A stretch of DNA of 64,000 nucleotides from Pyrobaculum ferrireducens (GCF_000234805.1 NC_016645.1:656391-720390); one strand, 5' to 3'; positions 19,285 through 28,267 are shown, counted from the stretch's first letter. Numbers and translations are program-made. Notes: generated by a model not told the origin, from the letters alone.

Positions 19285-19859
19285 GGCGGCTGTGTAGGCA
19301 CAAGCCTGCCGTCTACTATTTGGTAGAATCTGTCTATCCGAAGTTGTAGATACTCACAGGGGCTGGACGCCGTGATCAACATAGACACGCCGCGGCGATT
19401 CAGCGCGTCTGCCACGACGCGCCGGGCCTCGGGGTCGAGGCCTATCAGCGGCTCGTCTAGCACCAAGACGTCTGGCTCTCCGATAAGCGCCCTGGCGAGA
19501 TCCGCCCTCCTCTTCCAGCCGAAGCTTAGGTGGGCGAACCTAGTCCTCAGGTAGGGGACCAGCCCCAGCTCCTCGGCAAGTTCTCTATACGCCGCGCCGA
19601 CGGCTCTGGCGTAGAATTTGAGGTTCTCCTCCACCGTGAGGTCTGGGTGTAGAAGTGGATGTTGTAGAGAGACCCCCAGCCTCCCCGCCCTCTCCACGCC
19701 TCCCTTGGTGGGGGCGAGGAGCCCCGCGGCGATTTTCACCAGCGTAGTTTTCCCGCTGCCGTTGTGGCCGTGTATCAATACTCTGCCTGCCACGTCTAGA
19801 TCGACGCCTTTCAGCACCCAGTTGTCGAATTTTTTCCAGATGTCGAAGAGCCGGAGCAC
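19269..19859 (-). CDS. ccmA: CcmA-like ABC ATPase
   Basis: Walker A GHNGSGKTT, signature LSFGWKRR, Walker B VLVLDEP. 196 aa. Confidence 0.8.
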   Translation of the reverse strand: MLRLFDIWKKFDNWVLKGVDLDVAGRVLIHGHNGSGKTTLVKIAAGLLAPTKGGVERAGRLGVSLQHPLLHPDLTVEENLKFYARAVGAAYRELAEELGLVPYLRTRFAHLSFGWKRRADLARALIGEPDVLVLDEPLIGLDPEARRVVADALNRRGVSMLITASSPCEYLQLRIDRFYQIVDGRLVPTQPPCSSS

Positions 19860-19876
19860 TGTGTGGCGTAGCCGCG

Positions 19877-19918
19877 TTTTTAAATTGTTAACGGGATTCT
19901 ACAATATCTATTTATATG
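19877..19918. promoter_or_regulatory. bidirectional promoter: tttttaaatt (for ccmAB, minus) and tatttatatg (for ccmCEF, plus)
   Basis: Two TATA-like boxes in the 77-bp spacer between divergent ccm operons. ccmC begins with GTG at 19937. Confidence 0.4.
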
Positions 19919-19936
19919 TGAGTGGAGTAGAGGGCC

Positions 19937-20866
19937 GTGTTGGGGGTACTGCTCCTGGCCTACTCAGCTATCTTAGCTTACGCCGCTGTTTTTGGCCCTT
20001 TCCCAGCTTTTGTGCCGCTTGGGAGCCCCACGGCGTATAGAAGCCTCTACATCCACGTACCCCAGTCCATGGCGGCGCTGGCGATGGCCTTCGCCTCTTT
20101 CCTTTCTTCTATCTGGTTTCTAAAGAGGGGTGGGGCGAGGGCCCGTGTCGTCATGCACCGCTCCGCCGAGCTCGCCGCCGTGTTGTCGTGGCTGAGCTTC
20201 GCGACGGGGACAATATGGGCCGAGGAGTCTTGGGGGGCGGCGTGGTCTGGGGACCCCCGGCAACTCTCCGTGGCCGTCATGGCTGTGCTGTACACCGGGT
20301 ATGTGTTTCTGAGGAGGGCGGTGGAGGATCCGGATAGGCTGGATAGGATTTCGGCGTCTTACCTAGTGCTTGTCTTTATCTCGGTCCCCGTCACGCTCGT
20401 TGCGCCTGTGCTGTTGCCGGCTCTTCACCCGGCCCCCGGCTCTCTGGCTGAGCTAACCACTTCAATTAGACTGCTGTACATAGCCGTCTTCGCGGTTCTG
20501 CTGGCAGTCGCCGTTCTGTACGTACTCGAGGCGAGGGCTGGGGTGGCCTGGGGAGTGGCTTCCTTTGTGGTGTTGGCGGGAGCCGCGGCGTGGCTCCTTT
20601 CTGGATACACGCATCCAGTGTACCGCGTCTACAACGCCACGTTGACAGACTCCACCGTGGTGCTGTACACCAGCGGCGGGGTTTTGAAGCTACCTGCAGA
20701 GAGTATCCACCTCAGGCCCCTGGAGATTGGGGGAGTGCCCACTCTCAAGGGGCATTTAATAACGGCTGACGGCGTCGTGGTGAGCCACTGGTCTGTGGCG
20801 GCTAATCTACTGGCCACCGGCCTGGCGGTAGTGCTTATAACCCTCCTCAGCAGAAGGGGGATATGA
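19937..20866 (+). CDS. ccmC: CcmC haem exporter/handling protein
   Basis: Trp-rich WWD-type motif WGAAWSGDPRQ. Polytopic membrane protein. Confidence 0.85.
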   Translation: MLGVLLLAYSAILAYAAVFGPFPAFVPLGSPTAYRSLYIHVPQSMAALAMAFASFLSSIWFLKRGGARARVVMHRSAELAAVLSWLSFATGTIWAEESWGAAWSGDPRQLSVAVMAVLYTGYVFLRRAVEDPDRLDRISASYLVLVFISVPVTLVAPVLLPALHPAPGSLAELTTSIRLLYIAVFAVLLAVAVLYVLEARAGVAWGVASFVVLAGAAAWLLSGYTHPVYRVYNATLTDSTVVLYTSGGVLKLPAESIHLRPLEIGGVPTLKGHLITADGVVVSHWSVAANLLATGLAVVLITLLSRRGI

Positions 20867-21249
20867 AGAGGTTGTTATTGATGGCTATAGCCGCCGCGGC
20901 GCTGGCAGGCGCCATCTTCTCTTTTCTAAACAACACGGGGATAGCCGACGTCTCCACCCTCCGGGGGGTGAAGACACCTGGGGAGTACGTAGTCTCCGGC
21001 GCGCTGAGGGGTGTGGAGATAACTGATAGATACGTCGTTTTGAGGCTGGCGGGAGGGGGGTTTGAAATCACGGCGGTGGGCGACCGGAGGGGGATGGAGG
21101 CGCTCTACGGCCCAATTACGCCGGCTAGTTTTGAAAATACGGTCGTCGTAAGGGGGGTTTACTACCCGGCGAATAGGACTTTGGTAATCACGGCGATACT
21201 TAGGGGGTGCCACTCGGCCTATGGCCAGCCCGCGGCTAATACTCGCTAA
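20863..21249 (+). CDS. ccmE: CcmE haem chaperone, archaeal CxxxY variant
   Basis: N-terminal TM anchor and OB-fold-like body. LRGCHSAY places Cys-x3-Tyr where bacteria have His-x3-Tyr. Confidence 0.75.
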   Translation: MKRLLLMAIAAAALAGAIFSFLNNTGIADVSTLRGVKTPGEYVVSGALRGVEITDRYVVLRLAGGGFEITAVGDRRGMEALYGPITPASFENTVVVRGVYYPANRTLVITAILRGCHSAYGQPAANTR

Positions 21250-23332
21250 GGCGGCCCCCTACGCCTCGGCGGTCAGCATAGCCCTCTGGCTGTTCTACCT
21301 CTCTAGGTTTGTCCTCCTCGACACCTCTTTTCTCGACGTGTATGCCAACACCTCGTGGGGAATGCCGCTGTACTACAGAGCCGCGGCGTCGCTTGTAAAC
21401 ATAGGGGGCATTATGCTCTACATATCAGCCGTGCTCGGCGCCGCGGCGCTGGCGTTGCGTAGCTGGAGGCTCTCGGCGGCATCCGCCGCGTTCCTAGCCT
21501 CGGCGGCCTACTGGGAGGCCTTCTCCAGATGGACGACGGGGGGCCCCGGCATAGGCCTCAACCCCCTCTTGCGAAACCTGTGGGCCCTTCCCCACCCCCT
21601 CCTGGTCATCACCTCGTACGCGCTTGTCGTCGCCGCTTTTCTAGAGCCCAGGGCCCGGGGGCGCCTTGGCGTGTTGGCGTGGGTTTTCTCCACCGCGGGG
21701 CTCGCCGCCGGGGCCTACTGGTCCTACACAACCTTCGGCTGGGGGGGCTACTGGGCGTGGGACCCCGTAGAGACCTCGGTATTCGTCATCTGGCTCTTCT
21801 TGACTGCGTGGGTGCACGGAGGCGGCCAGGGGGCCCTGGCCATGTCTCTCTCGGGGGTGTTTCTCACAATGGCGGTCACCTACAGCGGAGTGTCGCCCCT
21901 GCACTCCTTCGCCGGAGCTGAGTCGGCCGGCAGATGGCTTATGGCCCCCTCCATCGCCGCCTTCCTCTACGGATTGTATAAGCTGAGGCTGGAGAGGGGC
22001 GGTCTCTACAGCTACGTCCCCCCTCTGGCCGTGGGAGTCTACATCTACTGGCTCCTAGCCGCCCCCACGCTGGCGCAGTTCCTAGGGCTTTCTGTCGCAA
22101 TCCCGTCGGGGGACAGCGCGGTGGCGCTTATACACCCCGTCCTCGTCCCGGCGGTGTTCGCCGCCTTCTACGCCATAGCCCGTTGGCGCTTCTCGGCAAG
22201 ACTAGCCGCGGCTTACATCGCCGCATCCCTCGCCGCCGGGGCCGCGGCCGCCGCGGCGGGGATCCGGTGGTCTCCCCTCAGCTCCCCCCTCACCAACGCC
22301 GCCGTGCTGTCCCTGGCCTTCTCGTCGCCGCTTCCCTTGGCGTCGGCGGCGCTGGTCTTTAGAAAAGACGCGGCGAGGTCCGTGGCGCACGTAGGCTTCG
22401 TGGTGCTGGCGGTCGGCGTAGCGTTGAGCGGCCCCTACGCATACCACACACAGTACGGCGTGGTCGTCCCCCTTGATGTTGAGAAGCCGACCCTGGTGCC
22501 TCTGCAGACGCCCTACGGCCCAGAGGCGCTGGGGGTCGAGGTGCGTGGGTGGCGTCTAGAGGGGCCGAAGGAGCTCGTCTCCATCCCGCCGTACCTCTCC
22601 CGCTTCGTGTCCGGGGACTTGGCGGCCTACATGGGGGTCTGGCGGTTGCCCCTCCGCTTCGCCGAGGTACAGCTCAACGGCACTAGGTACGTCGTCGCCT
22701 TCGGCAACTTCACCCCCGGCCTCCACACGATTGGCGGCTACTGGCTCTACGTAAACTCCACCGCGTCGACCCCCGCGGGGAGGCTTCTAGTGGCGGCGCT
22801 GGGCCTCGGCGAGAGGCCTCTGCTCTTCAGCCCACAGCGCCTCGACGCCCTCTCGGCCTTTGCTGTGTGCGGCCCAAACGCCACGTCTCTAAATCTTCTC
22901 GAGGAGAGGGTGCGCCTCAGCGTGGGGGGCAGGGAGGTGGAGGTGGCCGCTAGGTACGAGGCGGCTGGGGAGTTTAAGCTGGTTAGGGGGCTGATACACG
23001 GCGTGGCCGCGGTCCCGAGGGGTCTCGACGATATCTATATAGCGGTAACCCCCGAGGTTGCTGTCGTGGGCAACGTCAGCTATACCCGCTTGGCTCTGGA
23101 GCTGGCTCGACGCGATGTGGAGGCGTGTCTGCCCATGGGGGCGTGGATGCTCCTCTCTACCTACAGCGGAAGGCCGCTGGGCGCCGGGGAGGTGGAGGAG
23201 TTGCTGAGGTATAACCCACAGGGATACGTCGCAATGATCAAGATAATCCCCATGGTGCAACTGGTTTGGACCGGCGCCGCCCTTCTCGTGGCTGGCGGCC
23301 TCCTGTACCTCCGCAAGGGTCATGTGGCTTAA
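21221..23332 (+). CDS. ccmF: CcmF cytochrome c haem lyase
   Basis: 703 aa polytopic protein. WWD motif WGGYWAWDPVETS. Confidence 0.85.
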   Translation: MASPRLILAKAAPYASAVSIALWLFYLSRFVLLDTSFLDVYANTSWGMPLYYRAAASLVNIGGIMLYISAVLGAAALALRSWRLSAASAAFLASAAYWEAFSRWTTGGPGIGLNPLLRNLWALPHPLLVITSYALVVAAFLEPRARGRLGVLAWVFSTAGLAAGAYWSYTTFGWGGYWAWDPVETSVFVIWLFLTAWVHGGGQGALAMSLSGVFLTMAVTYSGVSPLHSFAGAESAGRWLMAPSIAAFLYGLYKLRLERGGLYSYVPPLAVGVYIYWLLAAPTLAQFLGLSVAIPSGDSAVALIHPVLVPAVFAAFYAIARWRFSARLAAAYIAASLAAGAAAAAAGIRWSPLSSPLTNAAVLSLAFSSPLPLASAALVFRKDAARSVAHVGFVVLAVGVALSGPYAYHTQYGVVVPLDVEKPTLVPLQTPYGPEALGVEVRGWRLEGPKELVSIPPYLSRFVSGDLAAYMGVWRLPLRFAEVQLNGTRYVVAFGNFTPGLHTIGGYWLYVNSTASTPAGRLLVAALGLGERPLLFSPQRLDALSAFAVCGPNATSLNLLEERVRLSVGGREVEVAARYEAAGEFKLVRGLIHGVAAVPRGLDDIYIAVTPEVAVVGNVSYTRLALELARRDVEACLPMGAWMLLSTYSGRPLGAGEVEELLRYNPQGYVAMIKIIPMVQLVWTGAALLVAGGLLYLRKGHVA

Positions 23333-24266
23333 GATAGGGAAGTCGGAACCCCGAGCCTTCTTCTACGCCGTCGTATGGGTAATAAGAGCGAGCCAGGCGG
23401 CGCTTGCCCTCTCCGCCGCCCTCTTCCTCTCGGGCATCGCCGCCGCGTGGGGGAGGGACGTGGGCCTCCACCTCTGGTTTATGACGTCCGGGCTAGTCTC
23501 TTTCTACTTCTCTGTGATGTACCTCCAGCTCCCCGGCTTTATAAACGCCGCGCCGGTCAAGCCGGCGACGGCGGCGGCCTTCGCTACGCTGGCCGCCGCC
23601 CTCCTCAGGCTGGGGCCCTACCCGCTTCTGCCGCTCGCCGTTTTGTACCTAGCCCTCCATTTAAAGGCCCTCCGCGGGTCTCCCAACTTCTACCCCAACT
23701 GGATCATGGTGGCGGGCCTTGCCACAGCCGCGACGGCGGCCACGCCCTTTGAGGCCGCGGCCTCCTTTCCGCTGGGCTCCGTCTTGACGCTTTTCTACCG
23801 TATAGACAGCTCTAGGCTGAAGAGGAGGTTCTCCGCTGGGGGCGCCGCCGCGGTGGCCGCGGCGCATTTAGCTGGATTCGCGCTGGTGAAGACAGGCCAC
23901 CTCTGGGGGGTGGCGTTGCCCATCGCGGCGGTATCCCTCGCCGCGCCGCCGGTCCCCAGAGATGTCTACGGGGTGGGCGTGGCGCTGGGCCGGGTGTTGA
24001 TGGCGCTTGGCTGGCTCCACCACCACTTTCTCTACATGGGCTTCGCGGTGGTGATGGCTGTGCTGTGCGTCCCCTACTTCGTGCCGGGGGTGCTCTACAG
24101 GAGGGCGCCCAGATTCGGCTGGGAGAACTTGGCGCTGGCGGCGTCGGCCGCGGCGGCGCGCCTCGCCGGCTTCATAGAGGCGGCCGCGGTGCTGGTGGCG
24201 GTTTTGATAGCCTACGTCGCGGTGAGGATGTTGCGGGAGGAGGCGGTGCCGCTGAAGCCGCCCTAG
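23322..24266 (+). CDS. hypothetical polytopic membrane protein (possibly Ccm-associated)
   Basis: 314 aa, Ala/Leu-rich with 8 or more TM segments. 11-nt overlap with ccmF. Confidence 0.45.
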   Translation: MWLKIGKSEPRAFFYAVVWVIRASQAALALSAALFLSGIAAAWGRDVGLHLWFMTSGLVSFYFSVMYLQLPGFINAAPVKPATAAAFATLAAALLRLGPYPLLPLAVLYLALHLKALRGSPNFYPNWIMVAGLATAATAATPFEAAASFPLGSVLTLFYRIDSSRLKRRFSAGGAAAVAAAHLAGFALVKTGHLWGVALPIAAVSLAAPPVPRDVYGVGVALGRVLMALGWLHHHFLYMGFAVVMAVLCVPYFVPGVLYRRAPRFGWENLALAASAAAARLAGFIEAAAVLVAVLIAYVAVRMLREEAVPLKPP

Positions 24267-24751
24267 GAGGCTTGTGACTTGGCCCTCTCCGCCACGTAGC
24301 TGGCAAGCGCCCTCACGTCATCCTCCACAGAGGCGAGCCTTGTATATCTGCTCAACACGCCGCTCTTGTCTAGTCCGATGTATTGAAATTCATGGAGGTT
24401 AAGCGCGGTGTTTGCGTAGTGGATAAGCTCCTCCCCCTCGGCCGCGGCGAGGTCCCTAGCCACTTCAAGCATCTGGCCGGTGGGCATAACTGCGATAAGC
24501 CAGTCAACGTAGAGCACCCTTCTTCCGCCTTTCGTTGTCTTTACTCCGGGGTGCCGCGTCGCCAGCGTATCTCTATGTCTAGCCGCAAGCGCCGCTAGCA
24601 ACGCCTTGAAGGCTTGGAAGGCTTTTCCAGCCGCGTTTCTATACATACCAGCCTCTAGAAACTTCAATGCCAGCTCGGCCTCGTACAGTGCCTCTTTGAT
24701 CCTGCCCTCTATATACTTCTCCAGATCTCGCCACGGCTTCTCCAGCTCCAC
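24263..24751 (-). CDS. PaREP1-like / HEPN-like small alpha-helical protein
   Basis: 162 aa, all-alpha. Segment LEAGMYRNAAGKAFQAFKALLAALAA resembles the Pyrobaculum PaREP1 family. Confidence 0.4.
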   Translation of the reverse strand: MELEKPWRDLEKYIEGRIKEALYEAELALKFLEAGMYRNAAGKAFQAFKALLAALAARHRDTLATRHPGVKTTKGGRRVLYVDWLIAVMPTGQMLEVARDLAAAEGEELIHYANTALNLHEFQYIGLDKSGVLSRYTRLASVEDDVRALASYVAERAKSQAS

Positions 24752-24786
24752 GCCACCACCGGCGGCTGGGTATTAAACTCTTTGCT

Positions 24787-25827
24787 CTACGCCCCTCTGG
24801 CCCTCGCCCTGAGCTTCTCCAGCGCCTGTGGGACGTAGTACTTGTGGAGTACGTGGTCGACCACCTCCTTGGTGCCGTGGCAGTTGATGGTGGAGATTTC
24901 GGCCGCCGGGTTAAAAAGGGCCCTGGCCCTCTCCAGCTCCTGGGGGGTGGCTATGTCGATTTTGTTTAGCACCGCCACGGCGGGGGCTGTAAACTCCGTC
25001 TTTATCTCCCTCCAGAGGCTGGCCTGCATCTCCAGGCTGTAGCCGCTGTGGGGTGTGGGGTCTGCGATGAAGATAATCACCCCGGCCAAATGTCTAAGGG
25101 CTAGGACTGCCTGTCTCTCTATCTTGTTTCTCTGGGACAGCGGCCTGTCGAGGAGTCCAGGCGTGTCTATCACCTGGATCTTGTCGCCTTTTAGATGTAT
25201 GTGGCCTAGGTGTATCTGCTTGGTGGTGAAGGGGTACTCGGCCACCTCTGGCCTCGCCGTGGATACACATCTCACGAAGCTGCTCTTCCCCACGTTGGGC
25301 GCGCCGGCGACGACAATAGTGAAGAGGTTTGGGTCTATGGAGGGGAGCTTCCTTAGGAAGGTGGCTACATCCCTCAGCTTCTCCAGCTCCGGCCCGAGGT
25401 CGTTTAGGAGGTCGATTATCCGCGCCTTGTACATCTGCCTAGCCCTCAGGAGCGCCTTCTTGTCGGGGGCGGTGCGCACCGCCGTGATGGCCTCCTTGGC
25501 TATGGCCCTCACGGCTAGGTGGGCGTTGCCAACCTTAGCCACGGCGTGTTTGTAAAGCTGGGCGCCGAAAACCACGTCCACGAGGTCCCGGTAGAAGGGG
25601 TGCAGGCGGTCTAGGAAGGGCATCCCAAGGGCCATCTTTCTGAGGGTGGACGCCAGGGCCTTCCCGGAGGCAACTATCCTCTTGATCTCCAGCCTCTTCT
25701 GCTTGAGGAAGGCGGGCTCCGCCGTGGAGCCCCTGGCCTCCTCTCTCCCATACGCCGCGAGGAACATGGAGATGAGCTCGTCCACCGTGTATACGTAGGG
25801 GAGCTTCGCCTTGTCCACAACCTCCAC
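24787..25827 (-). CDS. NOG1-type GTPase
   Basis: G1 GAPNVGKSS, G3 DTPG, NOG1-like N-terminal region. Start is probably GTG at 25827 (VEVVDKAKL...), because the ORF-track start at 25899 would overlap the divergent gene. Confidence 0.8.
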   Translation of the reverse strand: MEVVDKAKLPYVYTVDELISMFLAAYGREEARGSTAEPAFLKQKRLEIKRIVASGKALASTLRKMALGMPFLDRLHPFYRDLVDVVFGAQLYKHAVAKVGNAHLAVRAIAKEAITAVRTAPDKKALLRARQMYKARIIDLLNDLGPELEKLRDVATFLRKLPSIDPNLFTIVVAGAPNVGKSSFVRCVSTARPEVAEYPFTTKQIHLGHIHLKGDKIQVIDTPGLLDRPLSQRNKIERQAVLALRHLAGVIIFIADPTPHSGYSLEMQASLWREIKTEFTAPAVAVLNKIDIATPQELERARALFNPAAEISTINCHGTKEVVDHVLHKYYVPQALEKLRARARGA

Positions 25828-25840
25828 ACACGGCGGCGGC

Positions 25841-25852
25841 CATTTATATAAA
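25841..25852. promoter_or_regulatory. palindromic TATA box tttatataaa shared by two divergent leaderless genes
   Basis: Lies 14 nt from GTG 25827 (minus) and 16 nt from GTG 25868 (plus). Confidence 0.5.
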
Positions 25853-25867
25853 TACTTTGTATTACAC

Positions 25868-26647
25868 GTGGCCATCGCCCTCCTCACCGACTTCGGCACC
25901 AGAGACTACTTCGTCGCGGCGATGAAGGGAGTGATCCTCTCCATAAACCCCAGAGCTGTGGTTGTGGACATCACCCACGAGGTACCTCCGCAAGACGTGT
26001 GGACCGGGGCTTTCATCCTCGCCTCGGCTTACAAGTGGTTTCCAAGGGGGACAATTTTTGTCGCAGTTGTCGACCCCGGGGTGGGCACCGAGAGGGCGCC
26101 GCTTCTGCTGAGAACCAGGCGGTACTTCTTCGTGGGGCCTGACAACGGCGTGCTTTCCCTCGCCGCTGAGGAGGACGGCGTGGAGGAGGCGTATAGAATA
26201 GAGGCGAGGCTCCCACAGCTCTCCGCCACCTTCCACGGCCGCGACGTCTTTGCCCCAGCCGCGGCGTATCTATCGCTGGGGGTGGAGCCCCGGATGCTCG
26301 GCATCCCGGTGGCCACTTGGGTCAGGCTGGGGAGGCCCTCCGCCGAGGTGGCCGGGGGCGAGATGAGAGCCCGGACGATATACGTAGACAGGTTTGGCAA
26401 CGTCTACACCTCGGCGCGGGGGGAGGTGTTCCAAATCGCCTCGTGGGGGGATGTGCTGTGTATCGAGGTGGGGGGCCGGGTGATAGAGGCCAAGTTTGTA
26501 GAGACCTACGGCAGAGCCCGGCCTGGGGAGACCGTGGCTCTCATAAACAGCGAGGGGTATCTAGAGGTGGCCGTGGTCATGGGGAACGCCGCGGCGGCGC
26601 ACGGCCTCAAGGCTGGTCTCGATTTAAAAATCCGGAGGTGTAGTTAG
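25868..26647 (+). CDS. S-adenosyl-L-methionine hydroxide adenosyltransferase (DUF62 family)
   Basis: N-terminal LLTDFG motif and conserved VVDPGVG. GTG start directly after the TATA box. Confidence 0.8.
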   Translation: MAIALLTDFGTRDYFVAAMKGVILSINPRAVVVDITHEVPPQDVWTGAFILASAYKWFPRGTIFVAVVDPGVGTERAPLLLRTRRYFFVGPDNGVLSLAAEEDGVEEAYRIEARLPQLSATFHGRDVFAPAAAYLSLGVEPRMLGIPVATWVRLGRPSAEVAGGEMRARTIYVDRFGNVYTSARGEVFQIASWGDVLCIEVGGRVIEAKFVETYGRARPGETVALINSEGYLEVAVVMGNAAAAHGLKAGLDLKIRRCS

Positions 26648-26813
26648 ACGGTGATGAGCTAGCGCCGCCGCACTGCATAAGTGAAGAAGGCCGTTAAACT
26701 GATGACGTGTGGCCTCTGGCGTACGCGGAGCTATCACAGCGGCCCCAGAGGGCCCCTCCGCCCCAAGCATACATAGCTGAGCCGTTAAAAAATTTACCCC
26801 GCAAAAAATCGGG

Positions 26814-27101
26814 TTATTTCTCCTGAGGTGGCTTCGCGGTCTTCTTAATGTAGAATATAAGCGATCTCCTATACAGCACGACGTGGGCGGCGGCGAAGGC
26901 TAGTATGGAGAAGGCGGCGTATGAATGGATGTTCTTCCACATGTCTTTGGTAGCTCCCAGAATTATCTGGTGGCCGCTACCCGGCCCGGAGGGGGCGAAG
27001 TACAGCACCAAGCCCGACAACGCCAGCATGACCCTGGCGGTGGCTAGTAGGTAGATAGCTAAGGCTCTAATAATCCAACTCATGACCTCACCCCGCGCCA
27101 C
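26814..27101 (-). CDS. small 3-TM membrane protein
   Basis: 95 aa with three hydrophobic helices. Confidence 0.5.
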   Translation of the reverse strand: MARGEVMSWIIRALAIYLLATARVMLALSGLVLYFAPSGPGSGHQIILGATKDMWKNIHSYAAFSILAFAAAHVVLYRRSLIFYIKKTAKPPQEK

Positions 27102-27267
27102 TGCCTACCGACAGCGGCAGTAGTGGTGTTTGTGACATCGCCATGCCTAGCCGTTTCATTATCTTCATGGCTACTTGTATAGGCCGCTAGTAGCAGTATT
27201 ACAGTTATGTACAGCGCTATTTTCGAGACTATAGCCGCTTCGATGCAGGCAGAATTTCTAGACTACG

Positions 27268-27308
27268 CTAGAAACTACGTGCGGAACTTTGGCGAATCTC
27301 TGCGGAAC
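27268..27308 (+). repeat. conserved intergenic motif, copy 1: ctagaaactacgtgcggaact-N14-gcggaac
   Basis: Near-identical to the motif at 39042..39082, with the same 21-nt register between the two gcggaac half-sites. Confidence 0.55.
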
Positions 27309-27423
27309 TCACAGCCCCGCGCCGATTGACGGCGGATAGGGGGCCTGGGCGTGTATGTAAAAATATGTACCAGCAGGCCGATGCGGCGCGGTAAGTTTTT
27401 TAACTGGGTGCGGCGGTGGGTAT

Positions 27424-28236
27424 GTGGATGTGGCTGAGTTGAAGAGATTGCTGGCGGCGATTGCCCGGGATGAGCCTCAGTTTCTGCGGGACCTATTCAT
27501 GGCGGCTCTCCGATCAGACGGCAGGTCGGCGGCGGAGCTGGTGGATCTACTCATCAGCCACGAGGAGGTGAGGCTGAAGCTGGCAAAGGCCTTGATAGGC
27601 GAGGTGGCTATACCGCTCAACGTAGCGACTAAAGACGACATACAGAGACTTGAAAAAGAGATTGAGAAGATAAGAGAGGAGATGGCCACCAAAAAAGACC
27701 TAGAGAAATTAGCCACCAAAGACGATCTTGCAAAATTCGCCACCAAGGACGACCTCACTAAATTCGCCACTAGGGAGGACCTCGCTCGGTTTGCTACTAA
27801 GGAGGATTTGGAGAGGGCGGTTAGGAGAATTGAGGAGAGGATGGCGACTAAGGAGCAGTTTGAGGATTTAGCTGATTCGCTTGAGGAGACTGCCCGTAGC
27901 TGGGTTCCCCACCTCTTGAAGAGCCGGGGTGTCGAGTGTAAAGCGGAGCGCCTCGTTCTACCTGGCGCCTACGAATTTGACATCTACTGCAAATCGGAGC
28001 GGTATACGGTAATGGGCGAGGCTAAGGTAAGGGCCGGGGCCGTAGTAGTCGAGAGGGCCGCCCAGAGAGCCGCCTCGCTGGCCGCCGGGTGGCCCGACTT
28101 GGTCTCCGGCCGAGTGGTGCCGGTGGTCTACACCCTGGCCGCTAACCCCGACGCGGTGGAGAAGGCGAGGCAACTAAAGGTGTGGCTAGTGGAGTGGAGC
28201 CGGGAGCTGGTGGCCTTCGAAGAGGCCGCCGCATAG
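27424..28236 (+). CDS. repeat-containing protein: N-terminal helical region, 5x ATKxDLxKF repeats, C-terminal PD-(D/E)xK-like domain
   Basis: 270 aa. Internal 9-aa repeats. C-terminal GAYEFDIYCKSERYTVMGEAKV fits a D...ExK nuclease-fold motif. Confidence 0.6.
   Translation: MDVAELKRLLAAIARDEPQFLRDLFMAALRSDGRSAAELVDLLISHEEVRLKLAKALIGEVAIPLNVATKDDIQRLEKEIEKIREEMATKKDLEKLATKDDLAKFATKDDLTKFATREDLARFATKEDLERAVRRIEERMATKEQFEDLADSLEETARSWVPHLLKSRGVECKAERLVLPGAYEFDIYCKSERYTVMGEAKVRAGAVVVERAAQRAASLAAGWPDLVSGRVVPVVYTLAANPDAVEKARQLKVWLVEWSRELVAFEEAAA
27685..27819 (+). repeat. 5 x 27-nt in-frame tandem repeat (gccaccaaagacgatcttgcaaaattc family)
   Basis: Units at 27685, 27712, 27739, 27766 and 27793 encode ATKKDLEKL, ATKDDLAKF, ATKDDLTKF, ATREDLARF and ATKEDLERA. 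Confidence 0.9.
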
Positions 28237-28244
28237 GGGGGAAA

Positions 28245-28254
28245 AGTATATAAA
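28245..28254 (+). promoter_or_regulatory. strong archaeal promoter: purine-rich BRE (ggggggaaaa) plus TATA gtatataaac
   Basis: Consensus-like BRE/TATA immediately after the stop of the upstream gene, with no ORF downstream. Confidence 0.55.
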
Positions 28255-28267
28255 CTCGTGAAAATTT

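Noticed and set aside
26650-26790. GUGAUGAG and CUGAUGAC boxes suggesting a C/D box sRNA
   Set aside because: Box spacing (41 nt between C and C'/D', no CUGA at the right distance) does not fit C/D sRNA architecture.
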